From assembly GCA_951406725.2 (NCBI GenBank), contig OX597818.1, forward strand, positions 144,956,001-145,020,000: a stretch of 64,000 nt of DNA. The letters are read 5' to 3'. The stretch is from Octopus vulgaris. Its lineage: Eukaryota. The notes beneath the pieces were generated by a model, which did not search any database, was not told the origin of the DNA, and worked only from the letters and a program-made list of their open reading frames with translations. The position numbers and the translations under genes were made by a program. Shown one piece after another: positions 57,123-64,000 of this stretch (position 1 is its first letter; every line of letters begins with the position of its first letter).

Positions 57123-58684
57123 TAGTAGCAGCAGTAGCAGCAGCAGCGACAGAAGGAGAAAGTGGAGTGAGAGGTGGAGGGAAGGGAAAGAGGAGGGAAA
57201 TGAGAGGAAACGGTGCCGAATATTGGTGTGAATGATGACGAAAGTGATTGTGATGATTGTGATGATGAAGACGACGATTCTAACGATGAAGAATGGGGAA
57301 ATGAGTGATGACAGCAGTGATGACGACGAAGTTGCGAAATGGAATTGGAGGAGGCAAAATGATGATGTTCATGATGATGATTATGCTGCTGCTGCTGCTA
57401 CTGATGATGATGATGACGACTAATGATGGTGATAGTGGTGAGGAAGATGCTATGGTGATGATTATTTTTGTTATTTAGGTTCAGGCCAAGCATGATCAAT
57501 GAAACTACGATCAAAGGCGCTCCAGCCGTGACCATCGTCTTTTGTTTTTTTTTTGCTTCAAATATAATGTATCGAGAACTTGATAATGATGAGGATGACG
57601 ATGATGATGATGATGATGGCGATGATGATGATGACGACAACGACGATTTTAAGGTTGGTGTTGATGATGATGATGATAACGGTGAAAAATGGTGATTGGA
57701 GATGATGGAAATCAGTAAAGGAAAGAGGAGAAAAATATGGATTGAGAAATTCTTAGATATTTCTTGTTCCTGATAATGGCGAAGGTAAAAAAAGAAGGAA
57801 TAAATGAGTAAAAAGACGAAAGGGGGAAAAAAAAGAGGAAAATAAAACGGAAAGAGGGAAGTAGTGGTGGTGGTGGTGGTGGTGGTGGTGGTGGTAGCGG
57901 TCGTGATGATGATGATGATGATGATAATGATGATGATGACGATGATGACGACGACAAAGATGATGACGATGGTGACGACGACGTCGATGATATGATCTCT
58001 TTCCTTCCTGCAGTTTCACTGTCTCTCATTGATTTCGTTTCTCACATGTAAAATTTTTGCATTAACCAAATAATTCGTACCATACATGCATGCAATTATT
58101 CTTACATACGTACATGCATTCAAAAACATGCATACATGCATACACACATACCTACATGTAAGCATACATACACATATACATATATACATATACATACATG
58201 TATGCATGTATATATATATTTATATATATTTATATGATATATAACATATAATATTATATATATATATATTATATAATGCATTATATATATATATATGTAT
58301 ATACATTATATAATATTATATATTATACATGCATATTATATAATATTATATAATATATAACATTATATATATATATGTATGTATGTGTGCGTATGTATGT
58401 ATATATGGTTTTCGGTGAAAATATAATTAGTGGCATTATTTTTCTAAAATGTCAGTTGAATACAATAATTAATATTTCAACAATACAGTTTCCTCTCTGC
58501 TTAATTTAGAATAAATGGCGTTCATTTTAATCTATCGATTTTTGGGCTCACAAGCCCTAACGCAAAAGAAAAATTAAGACAGAGTCTAATTTGGTCGGCG
58601 GGGTTTAAATTAAATTTTCCGAATGAGAACCGCATCTAATATGTTCGTTAACCATTATCTATTTAGCATTATCTTTTATTTGTT

Positions 58685-59092
58685 TTTTACTTGTTTCCGT
58701 CTTTAGACTGCTGCCATGTTGGGGCATCGCCTTGAAGGGTTTAGTCGAACGAATAGACGCTGGTACTGTTTTTCTTCAAAGCGTGATACATATGCTATCG
58801 GTATCTTTTCATCGAACCCCTAAGTGATGAAGAGTAAACAAACCAACACCGGTGGTCAAGCGGTAGTGGGTACAAGAACAAAGATATACATATATGCATA
58901 CGTACACACACTCATTCACGCACGCACGCACGCACGCACACACACATACGAGGGGCTTCTTTCAGTTTCTGTCTACCAAATCCGCTCTCAAGGCTTTGTT
59001 AGGACCGGGGTTATTGTGGAAGGTATTAACCAAAGGTGCCGCGCAGGGGGACTGAACGCATGACTACATATTTGAGAAGCTAGCTTCTTACC
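58685..59092 (-). mobile_element. Diverged SINE family B copy
   Basis: Reverse similarity to 3188-3665. Confidence 0.75.
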
Positions 59093-59583
59093 ACTCTTAC
59101 TGTCTTTCAGATAGCTACTCGTCAAGTGTGTTTCGGATAGTTATCACCAACTTCCACTGGTGCGGATAAATTCTTTAACATATTCTGCCAGTGATTAAAA
59201 GTTAATTCTGTCTCCGTCCTGTCGTTGTTGCTGTTGGTAACTTGAGAAATCCAATTATTTTTACTGCGTTCCTGTAACGCATAATTGGGAAAATGCATCG
59301 AAGCATTTTGTTTTAAATGCATTCAGGCATTATAGTTTTAAAATGTGAACTGAAGAAGCCGTTAACAATGCAGATATTATGTATATATATATTTTTTATA
59401 TTTTAATCTGTTAATACTTTGGGCCCACGACTCCAAGTAAATAATTGGATTTCATAGGTTACCAACAACAAATTCGCTGCATTTCTGACGCCTTCATAAA
59501 TATATCAACATGTGCGACCGTTAATCCAGGCACGTCTTACCCCCTCCGCTTGTTTTCCTCTTTCCTGTTTTCTCTCGCTATTC

Positions 59584-59619
59584 CTTTCTGTAGAAAAGCG
59601 TAGGCTCGAAACATCAAAG
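59584..59619 (+). ncRNA. Degenerate minimal hammerhead-like motif in a probable Penelope-like 3' repeat
   Basis: CTTT-CTGTAGA-A-AAG-cgtagg-CTC-GAAAC-ATC-AAAG. Stem I closes; stems II and III each carry one mismatch. Confidence 0.45.
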
Positions 59620-59910
59620 ACTTTGCCATTTTTCCTAAGCGTCAAACTTATACGCCTTGTTTGTTGTTTCCTCACCTGCCTTTCACTTTTGCTTTTTGTT
59701 TTATTTTGGACGATTTTGAACCATACATACACACATACATACATACATACATACATACATACATACGTACATACATACATACATACATACATAATACATA
59801 CATATATAATCATATATACATACACACATACAACATACATACATACATACATACATACATACATACAACATATTAATACATACATAATAATGATATATAT
59901 ACTATACTAA

Positions 59911-59950
<40 letters not shown>

Positions 59951-60441
59951 TACATTCATAATACATGCATATATACATACAAAAATACCTTGTTGTTGAT
60001 GTTGAAATTCCAATGAAGGAGACTTGGTCCTAGGTTAGAAACTAGCTCTTTCTCTATTGGCAAGAAATCTTGAAATAAAACTGAATAATGAGATGCATAC
60101 ATACATTCACACACACACATGTACGACAGACTTCCACACAGTTTCCGTCCACAGGTTCACTCATAAGGTATTGAGCTGCTCGGGGCTATATTAGAAATTA
60201 CTTGCAAAGTGCAGCGCAGTTGTACTGAACTCGAAACAACGTTGTTATAAAGCGAGCTTCTGATTCAAGCAGCCATGTGTGTGCGTGCGTGTGTATGTGT
60301 ATATATGTGTAGTGTGTGTTTGTGCTTCTGTACGTGTATGTGAATGTATGTTGTGCATGTGAGCGTGTGTATGTGTATTTGTGTATGCGCATGTATATAA
60401 GTATCTCTCTGTATCAGTCCATATATTACATGTCTTTTTTT

Positions 60442-60845
60442 AAGGCGGCGAGCTGGCAGAAACGTTAACACACCGGACGAAATGCTTACCGGTATTTCGT
60501 CTGCCGCTACGTTCTGAGTTCAAATTCTGCCGAGGTCGACTTTGCCTTTCATCTTTTCGGGGTCGATAAATTAAGTACCAGTTACGCACTGAGGGTCGGT
60601 CGATATAATCGACTTAATCCGTTTGTCTGTCCTTGTTTGTCCTCTCTGTGTTTAGCCCCTTGTGGGTAGTAAAGAAATAGGTATTCCGCCTTTCTTTATG
60701 ATCTGAGTTCAAATTCCGCCGAGGTCGACTTTGCATTTCATCCGTTCAGGGTCGATAAATTAAGTACCAGTTGCGTACTGGGGTCGATGTAATCGATTGC
60801 CCTCTACCAACATTTCGGGCCTTGTGCCTAGAGTAGAAACGAATA
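60442..60845 (+). mobile_element. SINE family A dimer
   Basis: Consensus similarity. Confidence 0.92.
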
Positions 60846-61769
60846 TTTTTTAAACTCTCGCTACACACACACACATGTACGCGCACACACACACACGCGC
60901 ACACACACACATTATGTACTCACACGGACTTATATATGTGAATGTTTATGTGCATCTAGACGTGACACGAACACTAAAACCAATCAAATGGTAGAGAAGC
61001 TGATTAAAAATTCATCATAATTTTTAATGAATTTAGATTCTGGAGTTTTTCCTTTGCTCGTTTTGAAATATAAAAACTGCAATTAATCATAATGACTTTT
61101 CTTTTAATTACGGTCTTAATTTCTATTGATTAAAACTTAGCTTCAACTCAGTACATCAAATATATTAAGTTCCTACTTAACTACTTTCACTTTATGCAGA
61201 AACCAACGTTGAAAATTTTGAAAGCGTGTTCTAAGAACCTATAGATTTTTCTTGAAAGCGAACAGACCATGCAATTGAGTGCAGGCGCAAAATACGACCG
61301 TAAAATGTAAAAATGAAGCAAAGTACATAAGCTAATTAGACATCAGTATATAATATGATAGCCGAATTGCAGCGGAAGAATGGGAAATATTGAAGATTAT
61401 CTGAATTTGGCTAAAGAAGTGCGGTAATCGTGAGTGATTCGGGTGAAGTTTTACTTATTTTTATTTAAAATACTTGTAACAAAATCAAACACGTCTTCTG
61501 AATGTTACGAGTCACCAAGACGTGATAGAAAATTCTGATAGAAATGTCTTTGAACATCTGTCTTCAGGAGACGTAAGACTTAGGTCTATGCAATATAGAG
61601 TAAAATATATTTATGGCCTTGTTAATGTGCATGAACGAAACAAAAATGAGCTGAGAGAAACAATTCAGAGTAGTTGATATCATATTTGAAAAACAAAGAC
61701 GAATAAAGGTATATTAAATACCATACAAGATAGATTCGTCATTTTTAAAATGATGGGCTGTTGTTTTCA

Positions 61770-62520
61770 TCTTCCCACAAAGTCATTTTTTCTTATTTAC
61801 TTGCTGGCGCTGGAAGAAAATATGTGGTTAGCACAGCATCTTTTGAAGTCGCCTTCGCATAACCCGATGTAATTATTCTTTTCGGTTCGGTTATTATGTA
61901 GCGCTATTATGTAACTTACATGTTGTGTAAGTCCTACCTCATATACAACAGAGTTTGTCATGCACGTCTGGGAATGTGGGCAAGCTCCAGGGCCTCATCA
62001 ATTACAGCTGGGAGTGGGCTCTTGCTTGTGTCTACGGGTAATGATGTTCTTCATATTGAGGTAGCAGCTATCTGATAATTCAAATGAGCGCCTTAAAGAT
62101 CTTTCTGCATTTGTGATTTATCTAAGAGGGACAAGAATCTCTTGTCTACGTTAGTTTTAATATTTAGGTCGAAGAGACGGAGCGAACCAAATTATTTTCC
62201 TAGGTTTATCATTCATAATATTATTATCATTATAATAATATAATTATTATCATTCATAATAATTTTCCAAATTATTTTCCTAGGTCTATTCCTAGGTTTA
62301 TCTTTATCATTCATATTATTACTAGAAGGGTTGTAATACATCTTATCTTTGAAGCCACTGTTAGCTTGGGCATTCTTGTAGTAGGGGGCTGCCTTATCAA
62401 AAGCTTCTTTAGAAGAATAGCGATTGTATGTCCTATTACTAAAGTTAGCTAGCAGGTCTTTAGACAATTTGGGGCGGTGATAGAACTGTGTATATAGGAA
62501 AGTTTCTCGTTAGGTATGTA
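61770..62520 (-). pseudogene. Penelope-like element remnant (RT thumb/linker and GIY-YIG)
   Basis: SSKEAFDKAAPYY..NSGF, RKIIWFAP, NIKTNVDKRFLSLLDK, CP..TCMTNSVVYE, NYIGLCEGDFKR..NH. Frameshifts and a small internal duplication near 62190-62320. Confidence 0.85.
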
Positions 62521-62889
62521 TTATTTTATCATTTGTTTCACTTTATTTCTATCTTTAGAAATATGTACATAAGTGTATATGTGGGCATATATAACTATAT
62601 ATATGTATATATATATTTCATTTTACTTTATTATACTTTTTCTTTCTTGGCTCTGTTTTGTTAGATTGTACGCGCATGTAAGAAGTATAAATATGAGTAG
62701 GTATATATGAATATATGTTGGTGTGTGTTTCTGAATATAAACATATCTATGTATAAATACACATGTCTATGTATAAACACATGTGTGGATATATGAAAAT
62801 ATACACACCACATTGTAGGTTAGACTTTTTCAACCCAACATGTTGATATAAACGGTAAAGATGGTAAGAATATTAGTAAGAAGCGTGTC

Positions 62890-62928
<39 letters not shown>

Positions 62929-63468
62929 AAGCAATATTGAATCTCTGAACGAGAATTAAAAAGTAGCAGTACGGAATCGTGAAGTATATTTGCAAACTAA
63001 ATATGGCGGTCCCATAGAGGATGATGCTACTGTTGTTTTTTTAGCCCCAGGAGGACATCTCCTCCAGGTGGTTAAAAACACCCTGTCTCTGTCTAATTAG
63101 TGTTTGCGAAGGGAAATCATCGTTCCCATCTCTAACCTCACGTGACACACACAGACCCGGGTTTCTGGCTAGTAACCCGTGATCAATGTGTGATAATCAC
63201 CAGCTAGCGATGAGAACTCATTCCAAACGCAAAGTACTGTATGATTTTTCCAGTGACAAACTATCGCTGATCTCGAAAAAGTAGAGAAAAAGCAATATTA
63301 AATCTCTGAGCAAGAAGTAAACAGTAGCAGCAAGAAATCGTGAAGTATATTTGTCAACTAAATGTAGCGGTCCCATAGAGTACGATGCTGCTGTTGTTTT
63401 TAGTCCCAGGAGGACATCTCCTCCAGCTGGCTAACGACGCACTATCTGTGTCTGATTAGTATTTGCCT
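62929..63468 (+). repeat. Diverged direct repeat of ~180 bp (62929-63108 and 63290-63468)
   Basis: Shared GCAATATT.AATCTCTGA, AATCGTGAAGTATATTTG, GCGGTCCCATAGAG and CCCAGGAGGACATCTCCTCCAG. Confidence 0.85.
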
Positions 63469-63830
63469 GTTGAAAATGACACATAGTTTTAGGTGAGTAT
63501 TAACACACTGAGTAAAATGACAAGAGGAGGGGAATTTTTACACTTTGGATGTATGATAAGGATTAAACAACACCTCACCATTGTATTAAAGGTGTAAAAA
63601 TGTCGAAACGATTGTAGTGATTTTAAATAAAGAATGTCGTTAATTCCATTTTCTATGAGTTATCTCCTTATAAAAATTCTACGGATACTATGGAGCTCCT
63701 GATGTATATCAGGCAGCAGGTAACAAGAGCATTTCCACTGTATTATGACGATCAGGTAGCCAACAACTGGACGAACCTATTGTAATAGGTTTTTACTCAG
63801 ACAAGGTTTTACCTGAATATTTTTTTTACA

Positions 63831-63926
<96 letters not shown>

Positions 63927-63950
63927 GATCATATCTATCTATCGACATAG

Positions 63951-63996
<46 letters not shown>
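63831..63996. repeat. (TATC)n and (TA)n microsatellites
   Basis: Direct inspection. Confidence 0.97.
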
Positions 63997-63998
<2 letters not shown>

Positions 63999-64000
63999 GC

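Noticed and set aside
63570-63625. GTCGAAACGATTGTAGTG hammerhead 3' half
   Set aside because: 5' core and stem II are not recognisable.

Overview
AT-rich, repeat-saturated eukaryotic DNA with no supportable cellular protein-coding exon. The SINE repertoire and microsatellite density resemble octopus/cephalopod genomes (inference from recall, not a search). It contains dense microsatellites (CA, TA, TAA, TACA, TATC, TTC, CAC, GAT), at least four tRNA-derived SINE families, six minus-strand R4/Dong-type RLE non-LTR retrotransposon pieces (one young, 5'-truncated copy at 27.5-29 kb in a TAA array), Penelope-like GIY-YIG remnants, a Tx1/L1-like 3' end and ORF1 zinc knuckle, an RTE-like non-autonomous element, a decayed mariner with derived MITEs, a hAT MITE carrying a 16-bp minisatellite, and a non-autonomous Helitron. 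Most ORFs in the supplied track are microsatellite artefacts. Most notable: (1) a ~330-bp rod-like palindrome at 31612-31942 with an extended type I hammerhead ribozyme motif near its apex, using a compensatory U3-A8 core; (2) several further hammerhead-like motifs with the same or a CUGUNGA variant core, one in a tandem TTA-linked unit; (3) retroelement families apparently partitioned among different microsatellites; (4) a SINE whose 3' tail matches the Tx1-like LINE tail. All alignments and folds were done by eye.
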